Sequence record: SRR2962707_3097
Direction: 5' to 3' (one strand)
DNA length: 64,000 nucleotides
The notes beneath the pieces were generated by a model that saw only the letters and a list, made by a program, of their open reading frames with translations, was not told where the DNA came from and did no database searches. Each line of letters starts with the position of its first letter. The first letter of the stretch is position 1. Position numbers and translations under genes: made by a program. Of this stretch, positions 1 to 9,429 are shown in pieces.

Positions 1-30
1 GAGTGTTAGTGTCATAGGTGGTGGTCAGTA

Positions 31-56
31 TGGACCTCCCACACTTTACTAGACGC
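31..56 (+). mobile_element. Possible isolated IS3-family terminal inverted repeat remnant
   Basis: TGGACCTCCCACACTTTACTAGACGC resembles the TG...GAC architecture of IS3-family IRs as I recall them; no transposase in the window. Confidence 0.3.
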
Positions 57-73
57 CTATCTTATTTATTACC

Positions 74-964
74 CTAGTCTATTCTATCAAAATGCGATAT
101 TAGGCTATCTAGTAGCTTTCTAATCGCGACAGATTGATGTTTTCGAGAACGGTATATGGCGTAAATACCTAAAGATGCGGGTTCATAGTTGGGAAGTACA
201 TGAACTAATTTCTTATTACCGATCAACTGTTCTACGGCACTTTCGGGTTGTAAGGAAATACCGCGACCTTTGAGCGTAGCTTGTAGTAATAGCATGGATT
301 CATTCGCACTAAAATTACCTGAGACGGAAGTAACAAACTCCTGATTCTGTTTGCTAAAGTGCCACAAACTTTTACCAAAATTGGAGTAAATTAGGCAGTT
401 ATGTTTTGCTAAATCATCCGGATATACTGGATATCCAAAGCGCTTTAAATATTCGTCGGTGGCACACAAAACAGATCGGCACCGACCTAGGGAGCGTGCA
501 ATAATATTAGGGTCTAAGTCGTTGGTAATACGTATTGCTAGATCGATTCTATCCTCAACTAAGTCGGTTACTTGGTTGCTGATATGGATATCAATATGTA
601 CTTTGGGAAATTGATCTAAAAACGCATCGATAACCTTGGGTAATAGAACAGTTGCTGCAAATTGGGAACACGAAATACGTATTGACCCTTCAGGTTCAGC
701 AACACGATCTTGTTGAGAAGGAATAGATACTTCTTGAGCTAAATCTAATAACGACAGACAATTTTCAAAAACTTTTTCACCGGCCGCCGTAAGCGAGAGT
801 TTACGCGTAGAGCGGTGCAATAATTGCGCATTCGCCCAAGCCTCCATTTCGCTTAAGTATCTTGTCACCATTGAGCGTGACATATCTAATGACTGAGCAG
901 CACCCACCATACTACCTTGTTCGACAATTCTGACAAAGACTTGAGCCGCAGTAATCCTGTCCAT
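74..964 (-). CDS. LysR-family transcriptional regulator (CrgA-like substrate domain)
   Basis: N-terminal HTH (FVRIVEQGSMVGAA...LLHRSTRKLSLT), DLVEDRIDLAIR; divergent from the dsbA/nitroreductase/MBL cluster. Confidence 0.95.
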   Translation of the reverse strand: MDRITAAQVFVRIVEQGSMVGAAQSLDMSRSMVTRYLSEMEAWANAQLLHRSTRKLSLTAAGEKVFENCLSLLDLAQEVSIPSQQDRVAEPEGSIRISCSQFAATVLLPKVIDAFLDQFPKVHIDIHISNQVTDLVEDRIDLAIRITNDLDPNIIARSLGRCRSVLCATDEYLKRFGYPVYPDDLAKHNCLIYSNFGKSLWHFSKQNQEFVTSVSGNFSANESMLLLQATLKGRGISLQPESAVEQLIGNKKLVHVLPNYEPASLGIYAIYRSRKHQSVAIRKLLDSLISHFDRID

Positions 965-1079
965 TTATCAACCTATATGTTCGATATATGCAACTAATAA
1001 TTGCCTACTATGGGGTTTGTTGCAACATATTTGCAACTTATACTTGTTTCATACCGTTAATACTACTCAGGAAAACAAA

Positions 1080-1727
1080 ATGAAGACCCTACACTACATT
1101 ATGGATCCGCAGTGCGGCTGGTGTTACGCCGTCGCACCGCTTATTGATGCACTCACTCAATTAACTAATGTAGATATTAAAATATATGCTGGCGGCTTAT
1201 TTTCAGGCGTAAGAAAACGCCAATTATCCGCTGCTTCTCATCAGCAAATTGTTGCTATGGACAAAAAGATTACAGCCTTAACAGGCCAAGTATTTAGTCA
1301 TACTTATTACACAACAATATTGGAAGATAAACTGCGAATTTTAGATTCTGATACGCCCATTACCGCGCTGTTAGCAGCCGAATCCTTAGGGCTTAATCCA
1401 TTGGCGATGTTGCATAAGATGCAAATCGCGCAATTTGTACAAGGGCGTTCTCAGTCCGATGTTCCTAATCTAGCCAACATTGCCAATGAACTCGGTGCTA
1501 GCACTTTGGATTTCATAAATGCTTTTGACCTTTTTAGTGGTGAAAAAACGCAGCAACACATAAATAAAGCACGACACATGTTGGAAACGGTCGGAGGTGG
1601 TGGATTTCCTACACTTGCATTTGAGCATTCAGATGGCGCCTTTATCAAATTGGACCACCATCATTATTACGGCCAATCTGTAAAGTGGTTAGCCTATATA
1701 AAACAAACATTGAACTCGATCGATTGA
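1080..1727 (+). CDS. DsbA/FrnE-family thioredoxin-fold protein
   Basis: MKTLHYIMDPQCGWC (CxxC) and GFPT cis-Pro loop; ATG at 1080 follows AGGA. Confidence 0.88.
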   Translation: MKTLHYIMDPQCGWCYAVAPLIDALTQLTNVDIKIYAGGLFSGVRKRQLSAASHQQIVAMDKKITALTGQVFSHTYYTTILEDKLRILDSDTPITALLAAESLGLNPLAMLHKMQIAQFVQGRSQSDVPNLANIANELGASTLDFINAFDLFSGEKTQQHINKARHMLETVGGGGFPTLAFEHSDGAFIKLDHHHYYGQSVKWLAYIKQTLNSID

Positions 1728-1790
1728 ATAATGACTTTTATAAAGCATGTATTTATGAATGAAAATTAGTTAATAAACGTGGAGCGTTAC

Positions 1791-2384
1791 ATGAATAATA
1801 AATTAGATAGAAAAGCCCAAGCACAATTGTTTAGCGAAGCACGCACATTTAATGCGTTCTTAGATAAGGAAGTTCCTGATGCGTTGATTAAAGAACTTTA
1901 TGAGTTAATGAAGTGGGGGCCAACCTCCATGAACTGCCAACCTGCTTATTATGTGGTGGTAAAAAGTGCCGATGCGAAAGAAAAACTAAACAAAGCCTTA
2001 GCTCCTGGCAATCAACAAAAGAGCCTAACGGCACCTGCTACGGTGATTATTGCTTCGGATACGCAGTTTTATAATAAATTACCTGAGTTGTTTCCTGCGT
2101 ACCCAACGGCCAAAGACCTATTTGCTAGCAATGATGCTTTTCGAGACGCCACCGCATTTAGAAATTCAAGTTTGCAAGGCGCTTATTTCATTATGGCCGC
2201 TCGCAGTCTGGGTTTAGATTGCGGTCCAATGAGTGGCTTTGACAATAAAATCGTTGATGACACCTTCTTCCCTGATGGTCGTTATAAGTCTAACTTTATT
2301 ATTAACATTGGCTACGGGGATGCAACAAAGAATTATCCAAGAGGACCGCGTCTGGCATTCGAAGACGTTGTCGATATTCTTTAG
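1791..2384 (+). CDS. rutE: Nitroreductase, RutE/malonic semialdehyde reductase family
   Basis: LFSEARTFN, WGPTSMNCQP, NSSLQGAYFIMAARSLGLDCGPMSGFD, NIGYGD, RGPRL. Confidence 0.85.
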   Translation: MNNKLDRKAQAQLFSEARTFNAFLDKEVPDALIKELYELMKWGPTSMNCQPAYYVVVKSADAKEKLNKALAPGNQQKSLTAPATVIIASDTQFYNKLPELFPAYPTAKDLFASNDAFRDATAFRNSSLQGAYFIMAARSLGLDCGPMSGFDNKIVDDTFFPDGRYKSNFIINIGYGDATKNYPRGPRLAFEDVVDIL

Positions 2385-2466
2385 CAAGTGCTTTTATATC
2401 CCTTAATTTTATACATTTATCAACAGCATATTCACTCGCTGCATTCACAAAAGACTAGAGACTATT

Positions 2467-3348
2467 ATGACACTTTTATCCAAATTCATTCAGTTAAGTA
2501 TGCTTGCTGTAACGGTGGTTGTATCTGCCAATGCTGTTAGCGCAACACTAGAAACAACGGTGTTTAATCCACAAGAAAAAAGCGTGTTTCCTGTCAGCTC
2601 CGTACTTATTAGTGGCCCAACAGAAGCAATCTTAGTTGACGCACAATTCCAACGAAATGACGCACAATCATTGGTTGAACTCATTAAAAAATCCGGTAAA
2701 AAACTAACCACTATATACATTAGCCACGGTGACCCCGATTATTATTTTGGGCTAGACGTGATTACAGAGGCGTATCCTCATGCCAAGGTATTGGCATCCG
2801 CTAAAACTCAAGCGTATATCAAAGCATCCATGGCGCCTAAAAAAGCGTACTGGGGGCCTATCCTTAAAGAAAATGCACCACAAAAGCTGGTTGTGCCAGA
2901 CGTATTGAAAGGCGATACCTTAATGGTTGATGGTGAAAAAGTGAATATTGTGGGTCTTAACGGCCATGATCCCAAGCATACCTTTGTGTGGATCCCTTCT
3001 ATTAAAACCATGCTTGGTGGTGTAGTGGTGTTTAGCAATATGCACGTTTTCTTAGCGGATACGCAAACCCCTGAATCACGTCAAAATTGGTATAAAACCC
3101 TTGATGTGATTGAACAACTACATCCTACAACCGTTATCCCAGGGCACATGTTAGGTGACAAGCCAATGACTATTCAGTCGGTTAACTTTACCCGTAAATA
3201 CATTCAAGATTTTGAAGCTTCTGCTCAATCTTCAACTAACTCAAATGAATTGATTGATAAAATGAAAGCCATCTATCCGAATATTGGCGGCGATGCGATA
3301 TTGGGTTTAAGCGCCAAAGTTATCATGGGCGAAATGCCTTGGGGATAG
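2467..3348 (+). CDS. Secreted MBL-fold metallo-hydrolase (Vmh-like)
   Basis: Signal peptide, LVDAQF, SHGDPDYYFG variant metal motif, VIPGH. Confidence 0.85.
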   Translation: MTLLSKFIQLSMLAVTVVVSANAVSATLETTVFNPQEKSVFPVSSVLISGPTEAILVDAQFQRNDAQSLVELIKKSGKKLTTIYISHGDPDYYFGLDVITEAYPHAKVLASAKTQAYIKASMAPKKAYWGPILKENAPQKLVVPDVLKGDTLMVDGEKVNIVGLNGHDPKHTFVWIPSIKTMLGGVVVFSNMHVFLADTQTPESRQNWYKTLDVIEQLHPTTVIPGHMLGDKPMTIQSVNFTRKYIQDFEASAQSSTNSNELIDKMKAIYPNIGGDAILGLSAKVIMGEMPWG

Positions 3349-3398
3349 ATAGGGGCGCGGTTACGCGGGGATGAGCCTATGCAGCATTGACGAGGTTT

Positions 3399-3431
3399 AA
3401 AATGGCGATCTTGTGTGAGATCGCCATTTTT
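3399..3431. terminator. Bidirectional intrinsic terminator
   Basis: AAAATGGCGATCT-TGTGTG-AGATCGCCATTTTT between convergent genes. Confidence 0.85.
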
Positions 3432-3475
3432 CGTTGGGTCAGATTGGTTAACTTTATTTCATTGAATTTAAGTTG

Positions 3476-4312
3476 TTAGCGAGTTTGTCGAGCTTTTGGG
3501 ATGATCAATGGCGTGCCAGAAATAGGGTCGTCCAAGATCATACAGGGTAAGCCAAACACTTCTTCTATTAGGGTTTCCGTGACAATGTCTTTTGGCGCGC
3601 CAGTGGCAATGATTTTGCCGGCTTTCATTGCAATAAGGTTGTCTGCATAACGACAAGCATGGTTAAGATCGTGTAACACAGCGACTAAAGTGTGGCCTTG
3701 AAGTCGATTCAAATCCTGAAACAAATCCATTAGCTCAATCTGATGAGCAATGTCCAAATACGTGGTCGGTTCATCGAGCAAGAGTAATGGGGTTTCTTGT
3801 GCCAATGCCATGGCAACCCAAACACGCTGGCGTTGTCCGCCGGACAATTGGTCAACATTGTGCTGCGCAAATTCTGTGATGCTGGTGGCTTTCATGGCGG
3901 CGTCAACGGCGTTTTGATCTTCTTCGCGCCAAGGTTGAAACCATGTTTGGTGAGGGAAACGACCACGGGCAATCAAATCGACGACTTTTATGCCATCTGG
4001 CGCAATGGCGCTCTGCGGTAACAATCCTAATATTTTGGCGACGTCTCGTGTTGCCAGGGTATGAATGTCTTGGCCATTCAGCAGCACTTGGCCTGATTTT
4101 GGCTCAAGCAATCGGCTCATGGCACGCAGTAAGGTAGATTTACCGCAGCCGTTTGGGCCGACAATCACGCTAAATTTTCCCTCAGGAATACGAACAGAAA
4201 GATCCTGCGCAATGATGTTCTGGTCATAGCATAAGGTTATCGATTCTGTTGCGAGTGATAGTTCTGTAAGAGATAACCCCGTTACGTGAGGTTTTACGGA
4301 GGGCGCTGTCAT
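3476..4312 (-). CDS. fepC: Iron-siderophore ABC transporter ATP-binding protein
   Basis: GPNGCGKST, LSGGQRQR, LLLDEPTTYLD, VLHDLN; operon context. Confidence 0.9.
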   Translation of the reverse strand: MTAPSVKPHVTGLSLTELSLATESITLCYDQNIIAQDLSVRIPEGKFSVIVGPNGCGKSTLLRAMSRLLEPKSGQVLLNGQDIHTLATRDVAKILGLLPQSAIAPDGIKVVDLIARGRFPHQTWFQPWREEDQNAVDAAMKATSITEFAQHNVDQLSGGQRQRVWVAMALAQETPLLLLDEPTTYLDIAHQIELMDLFQDLNRLQGHTLVAVLHDLNHACRYADNLIAMKAGKIIATGAPKDIVTETLIEEVFGLPCMILDDPISGTPLIIPKARQTR

Positions 4313-5322
4313 AATTTTCCTTCACGAGTAATCAAATAGACCAAGTAAATACCGCCTAAACTGATAGTGACCAGGCCGACTGGCAAGGTGGAGCCTGCCC
4401 AGCCGTGTTGCGCAATAAAGTCGGCACACAATAACAATAAAGCACCAACATACGCAGACGAACTCAGCGATACGCTGGCACTGTTTTCTAACCGACGGGC
4501 GATTTGTGGGGCGGCCAATGAAATAAACGCGATCGGCCCAGTAATCGCGGTAGCAACGGCAGTGAGCGATACCCCGACAAACATGAGAATCAGGCGAGTT
4601 TTATTGACCGGCACCCCCAAAGCGGCAGCAGTATCGTCCCCCATTTCAAGTAATTTCATCCGCGTATTGAGTAAAAATGCGCACACCATAAAAGCCGAAA
4701 TCAGTGCCGCGGCGGGCAAGATACGAGCCCATGTCATACCGTTTAAGGATCCTGCGCTCCATAATGCAGCGGTCATCGCGGTTTCCAGTGATACGGTGAG
4801 TGATAACCATTGATTAAACGCCGTCAGCGTTGCGCTAATGGCAATGCCCACGATGATTAGGCGAAAGCCAGAATGCCCCTCACGATAAGCAAACAAATAC
4901 ACAAGTAGTGCCGAAAAAAGCCCCCCTAGAATGGCGCCTAACACACTCAACCAGTATAGGTTTCCAAAAAAAGCGATGGAGATCAACACGCCAGTAAAAG
5001 CACCAACGTTAAAACCGGTTATGTCTGGGCTACCAAGCGGGTTACGAACGAGGGATTGAAACACAGCGCCGCTGACGCCCAACGCCGCACCAATCAGCAA
5101 TGCAGAAAACAATCGCGAGGCACGCCATTGCCAAACCACAATGGATTGATAATGGTTGGCTTTTCCGGCGATTAACTGCCAGACATCACTCAGATTGTTG
5201 GCAATGTGATCACCAAGAAAAAGCGTGGCAAAGATCAGCAGTATCGTCAGAAAAAGAACAAGGATTCGTGAGGGCTGGATGCCAAAAAATGAGCGGGCTA
5301 GATTGCTTTGAGGCGGTTTCAT
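4309..5322 (-). CDS. fepG: Iron-siderophore ABC permease (FecCD family)
   Basis: FQSLVRNPLGSPD, EMGDDTAAALG, GPIAFISLAAPQIARRL. Confidence 0.88.
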   Translation of the reverse strand: MKPPQSNLARSFFGIQPSRILVLFLTILLIFATLFLGDHIANNLSDVWQLIAGKANHYQSIVVWQWRASRLFSALLIGAALGVSGAVFQSLVRNPLGSPDITGFNVGAFTGVLISIAFFGNLYWLSVLGAILGGLFSALLVYLFAYREGHSGFRLIIVGIAISATLTAFNQWLSLTVSLETAMTAALWSAGSLNGMTWARILPAAALISAFMVCAFLLNTRMKLLEMGDDTAAALGVPVNKTRLILMFVGVSLTAVATAITGPIAFISLAAPQIARRLENSASVSLSSSAYVGALLLLCADFIAQHGWAGSTLPVGLVTISLGGIYLVYLITREGKL

Positions 5323-6332
5323 AGTCCATTGGCTCCTTTTCTACGCACCAAATAAATCAAAATAGGCGCGCCAATAAAGGCGGTCACAATCGACACTCTA
5401 AGTTCTCCCGCAATTAATACGCGACCAATAATGTCGGCGATCAGTAACAATGTTGGCGTCAAAATAAAGCTAAAAGGGATGATCCAGCGCTGATCTGGCC
5501 CAACCATCCAGCGGGCAATGTGCGGCATCATTAAGCTCACAAAACCAATGGGGCCAGCCGCGGCGGTGGCAGCGCCACAAAGTAAGGTAATGGAGATCAA
5601 ACTTATGATTTGAACACGAGCAGGCTTGCTTCCCAGTGCAGCGGCGAGAGAATCGCCCAGACTAAACGCATTGAGCGTAGGGGAAATAGCCATGGCTAGA
5701 AAGCACCCAAAAATCACCACAGGCGCAATAAACAAGGGCACCATAAGTGTTCGTGAATCCAAGCTGCCAACCGACCAAAATCGAATTTGATCAAACGCAC
5801 TAGGATTGAAAAGCGTCAGGCTGGAACTGAACCCAGCAAACGCCGCGCCGATGGCAACACCAGCCAAGGTCAACTTTAAAGGGTCGACTTTGCCAGCGCC
5901 TGTACTGCCGACAAAATACACTAAAACGCTGGCCAGCAAGGCGCCAATGGCGGAATAAAAAAAGAACTCAGTTAGTTGGGTTGCGCCTAAAAAAACAATC
6001 GCGATGGCAATGGCCAAACTTGCGCCAAGGTTCACGCCAAGTATGCCAGGGTCCGCCAGCGGGTTTCGAGTAATGGCTTGAATCAATGCGCCAGAAGTGC
6101 CAAGAGCCATACCAACAAAGAGTCCATTTAGCGTTCTGGGTAGCCGACCTTCAAGAATGATGGTTTCAGCAAGACCGTGTTCCTTGCCGACTAGCACATT
6201 CCAGAGCATGTCGATAGACAGCGGCTTGGCGCCAATACACAAACTCACCACCATGATAATGGACAATAGTAATATTGACCCCAGTAACCAACTATAACGC
6301 GTTCCACTAGAAACGAAGGGGTTATTCGACAT
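5319..6332 (-). CDS. fepD: Iron-siderophore ABC permease (FecCD family)
   Basis: RLPRT, QAITRNPLADPGILGVN, GPDQRW, GELRVSIVTAFIGAP; ATG at 6332 chosen. Confidence 0.9.
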   Translation of the reverse strand: MSNNPFVSSGTRYSWLLGSILLLSIIMVVSLCIGAKPLSIDMLWNVLVGKEHGLAETIILEGRLPRTLNGLFVGMALGTSGALIQAITRNPLADPGILGVNLGASLAIAIAIVFLGATQLTEFFFYSAIGALLASVLVYFVGSTGAGKVDPLKLTLAGVAIGAAFAGFSSSLTLFNPSAFDQIRFWSVGSLDSRTLMVPLFIAPVVIFGCFLAMAISPTLNAFSLGDSLAAALGSKPARVQIISLISITLLCGAATAAAGPIGFVSLMMPHIARWMVGPDQRWIIPFSFILTPTLLLIADIIGRVLIAGELRVSIVTAFIGAPILIYLVRRKGANGL

Positions 6333-7359
6333 GGTTTTTGTGTCCAAACAGGGTTTGCAATCGTGTTAATAAATGGCTGGCGCTGTAGTAGTCCAAGCGA
6401 AAGGTATCTTCACCAACGGCGTACACTTGATGGTTGATCACTGCGTGAGTAGTTTGTAAATAATGGTTGTTTTTAAACGCGGCGGTTCTGTCTTCGGAAG
6501 CGGAAAATAACAACACAGATTCGCCGGTGACAGCATCGGGGAAGCGCTCGCCTGTGGCGATGACAATGTCGTTACGTAGCCCCATACTGATGTTGCCTTT
6601 AACGGCTTCTGGCACCTTAGCGATGGTGAATCCAAGCTCTTGTAATAGACGGCCTTGGGCGGATTCTGTTGTCCAAATGTTCGCTCCTGTATCGTCTTGG
6701 TAATAGACCATGGCGGAGGTGGGTTGAGGAGGGAGCGTGATGGCTTCTTTTGTGAGCTTTAGCTGTTTTTCGAAGTCTTGAATGACCTGATTGGCTTGGG
6801 TTTCTAGGCCAAGTAAATCACCAAAAATGTGCGCTAATTGCATCCAGCTTTTGTCGTCATAACCAATGACAAGCGTCGGGGCGATGTCTTTTAATTGGTC
6901 GTACAGTTTCATGGCAGAATCCCCGCCAGTGGCGGAGATAATGATGAGATCTGGGTTGGCCTTGATAATGGCTTCGGCATTCGGTTCAGTTTGATACAAA
7001 GACACCACGCCGCGCTCTTCTGCGATGTCTGACCATTGGCGCATAAAGCCTTGTTCGGATGCAACACTGGTATTGGCCATGGTGCCACCCGATGCGACAA
7101 GTGGCGCGTTTATCGCTAACAAGGTGCCAGATAGAGTCACACTGGTGGACACAATTCGAGTCGGCGCCTGTTTCAGAGTTAATAGGCCTTCACGCGTCAT
7201 AATGCTTCTTGGCCAGCCAGAATCACTTTTCTCAACTTGATCTATGGTTAAGGTTTTTTGAGCAGGTGGTGCAGAAGGTGACTGATCACAGCTTGCAAGA
7301 ATGAGGCTGAACAAGAGCAGTGTAAAAACTCGTCTGAAATGCGTAATGCGGCGAACCAT
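6322..7359 (-). CDS. fepB: Ferric-enterobactin-type substrate-binding lipoprotein
   Basis: Lipobox LASC; RIVSTSVTLSGTLLAINAP, SATGGDSA, DTFRLDYYS; ATG 7359 with AGGA RBS. Confidence 0.9.
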   Translation of the reverse strand: MVRRITHFRRVFTLLLFSLILASCDQSPSAPPAQKTLTIDQVEKSDSGWPRSIMTREGLLTLKQAPTRIVSTSVTLSGTLLAINAPLVASGGTMANTSVASEQGFMRQWSDIAEERGVVSLYQTEPNAEAIIKANPDLIIISATGGDSAMKLYDQLKDIAPTLVIGYDDKSWMQLAHIFGDLLGLETQANQVIQDFEKQLKLTKEAITLPPQPTSAMVYYQDDTGANIWTTESAQGRLLQELGFTIAKVPEAVKGNISMGLRNDIVIATGERFPDAVTGESVLLFSASEDRTAAFKNNHYLQTTHAVINHQVYAVGEDTFRLDYYSASHLLTRLQTLFGHKNHVE

Positions 7360-7419
7360 GTCTGAAATCCTGTAGACCAATATGAGCGCGCTATTATATC
7401 GATGAGAATAGGAATTAAC

Positions 7420-7438
7420 ACTATTGATAATCATTTTC
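7420..7438. promoter_or_regulatory. Fur box upstream of fepBDGC
   Basis: ACTATTGATAATCATTTTC matches GATAATGATAATCATTATC at 15/19, about 60 bp upstream of fepB. Confidence 0.85.
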
Positions 7439-7663
7439 ATTGTGTTTTATCTAGATGCCTGAATCAAGAGGTTTAAATTCGCATTGAAATGAGAGTCAAT
7501 TGACCAGCCTTAAGCGACTGAGTATGGTGGAATTTTCGCTTTCTAAAAGAGCCTTAGGGTGGTCTAAAGTTTGTATTGACTCGATCATCTCAGAGCGCTT
7601 ATATACACCACTAAAATACACCACACAGCTTTATCGTAAGTTGTTAAAGGCAGGGCATCTGGC

Positions 7664-8575
7664 ATGTTAAGGACGACCAATCTCAACTTATTACGATCAC
7701 TTCATGTTTTATTGGAGGAATGTCATGTCACCAAAGCGGCGGCTCGCCTTCATATTTCACAATCTGCCGTAAGCCGCCAATTGGCACAACTCAGAGAGTT
7801 ATGCCAAGACCAACTGTTAGTGCGAAATGGCAATCAATTAATCCCAACGGCGAAAGCGGCGACCCTTAAAATTAAGTTGGATTCCCTTCTTGGAGAGTTT
7901 GATGCGCTTCTGACCGAGGTTCCATTTGAGTCTAAAGACTATCAAGGGGAGCTGGTTTTCGCATCGAGTGATTATGTGGCTCAGTATCTATTTCCGGATA
8001 TAGCTCAGCATCTCACTCAGCAGTCTCCTAAACTTGATCTCTCTTTTCAGCTCTGGGAGCCAAATCTAATCAATCAGTTACACGAAACTGGCATTCATCT
8101 AGCGTCCTCGATGCTCGCCCAAAAGCCTGACAATGTATCCAGTATTTATTTAGGCTCAGATGTACCTGTATGCGTGATGGCTAGCGACCATGCCTTAGCC
8201 AAACAAACGAGTATAACGGTTCAAGACATCGTTCAATATACCCATGTTAAAGTGACAGGTGGTGCTGATAAAGACTCCTTAGTTGATCGCCAATTGTCCG
8301 CTAAGGGCTACTCTCGTCGGGTTGCATTAAAAGTGCCTTTTTTTAGTACCGCTATGAGTTTACTGGTAAACAGTGACCGCTTGATGGTACTCCCTGAGCA
8401 CATAGCGACGAACCTAGCCAGGCATTGGGATATAAAAACTCACTCACTACCATTTAAGACACAAGAACAGAAATATTGGCTGTTTTGGCACCCAAAATTT
8501 GATAATGAACCCGCGCATAAATACTTCAGGAATGAGGTCGCTCAAAAATTAAGGACCTCGAAATATTCAGTCTGA
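7664..8575 (+). CDS. LysR-family regulator (NodD/MexT-like)
   Basis: NLNLLRSLHVLLEECHVTKAAARLHISQSAVSRQL, WHPKFDNEPAH. Confidence 0.93.
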   Translation: MLRTTNLNLLRSLHVLLEECHVTKAAARLHISQSAVSRQLAQLRELCQDQLLVRNGNQLIPTAKAATLKIKLDSLLGEFDALLTEVPFESKDYQGELVFASSDYVAQYLFPDIAQHLTQQSPKLDLSFQLWEPNLINQLHETGIHLASSMLAQKPDNVSSIYLGSDVPVCVMASDHALAKQTSITVQDIVQYTHVKVTGGADKDSLVDRQLSAKGYSRRVALKVPFFSTAMSLLVNSDRLMVLPEHIATNLARHWDIKTHSLPFKTQEQKYWLFWHPKFDNEPAHKYFRNEVAQKLRTSKYSV

Positions 8576-8680
8576 TGAAGGTATCGTCATGACTTTATAT
8601 CATCTTGATCATGATTAATTATGATTTCAGTTAATGATCTAGTTCCTATCTAATGAGAGAAAATAAGAGAAGGATAGATT

Positions 8681-9295
8681 ATGACAATCACAGTGTGGTT
8701 ATCACTTTTTAGTATTTGTTTGTTAGGCGCTATGTCACCGGGTCCTAGTCTTGCGATTGTCGCAAAGCACTCTTTAGCAAGCGGTCGAGTCCACGGTATA
8801 GCGGTCGCTTGGTCACACGCAATGGGGATTGGTCTCTACGCTTCCATTGCTATCATGGGGTTGTCTGTCATGATGGAGCAGACGCCACTGATATTTAAAG
8901 GCATTACATTAGCTGGCGCCGCTTACTTAATTTACCTAGGTACGCGTGCTCTGCGCTCAACGGGTGGCTTGGCGGCTAAATTAGCTTCTGGAGAAAAGAC
9001 ATCCATTTTTGAAGGAATGCGTGAGAGCTTTTTGATTTCGATTTTAAGCCCCAAGATCATGCTTTTTTTCACGGCTCTTTTTAGTCCGTTTATAGCAATA
9101 GCCAATGATGTTTTTGATCAGCTTGTGATCGTCTTCACACCATTATTGATTGATGGATTATGGTATAGCTTGATTGCTACTTTTCTGACTAATGCCAAGG
9201 TAATAAACACGGTTCGCGCTAAGGCATTGATCATTGATCGTCTATCTGGTGTTATTTTGATCTTACTTGCATTACGAGTAATTTATACCATTTAG
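8681..9295 (+). CDS. LysE/RhtB family exporter
   Basis: GAMSPGPS, GAAYLIYLG, SPKIMLFF, hydrophobic. Confidence 0.92.
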   Translation: MTITVWLSLFSICLLGAMSPGPSLAIVAKHSLASGRVHGIAVAWSHAMGIGLYASIAIMGLSVMMEQTPLIFKGITLAGAAYLIYLGTRALRSTGGLAAKLASGEKTSIFEGMRESFLISILSPKIMLFFTALFSPFIAIANDVFDQLVIVFTPLLIDGLWYSLIATFLTNAKVINTVRAKALIIDRLSGVILILLALRVIYTI

Positions 9296-9429
9296 AGCGA
9301 ATAAGGATGAGAGCCGTGACCATTGACTGACGTTAATTGTCTCGGTGTGGATCTGCTCCTAACATAGCGGCTGCCTCATTGGCGGATACGTAATTCACCA
9401 TAATACTCTGCAGTCTTCTGCCTAAGCGT

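Noticed and set aside
7484-7503. Second Fur box upstream of fepB
   Set aside because: Only about 10/19 match to consensus
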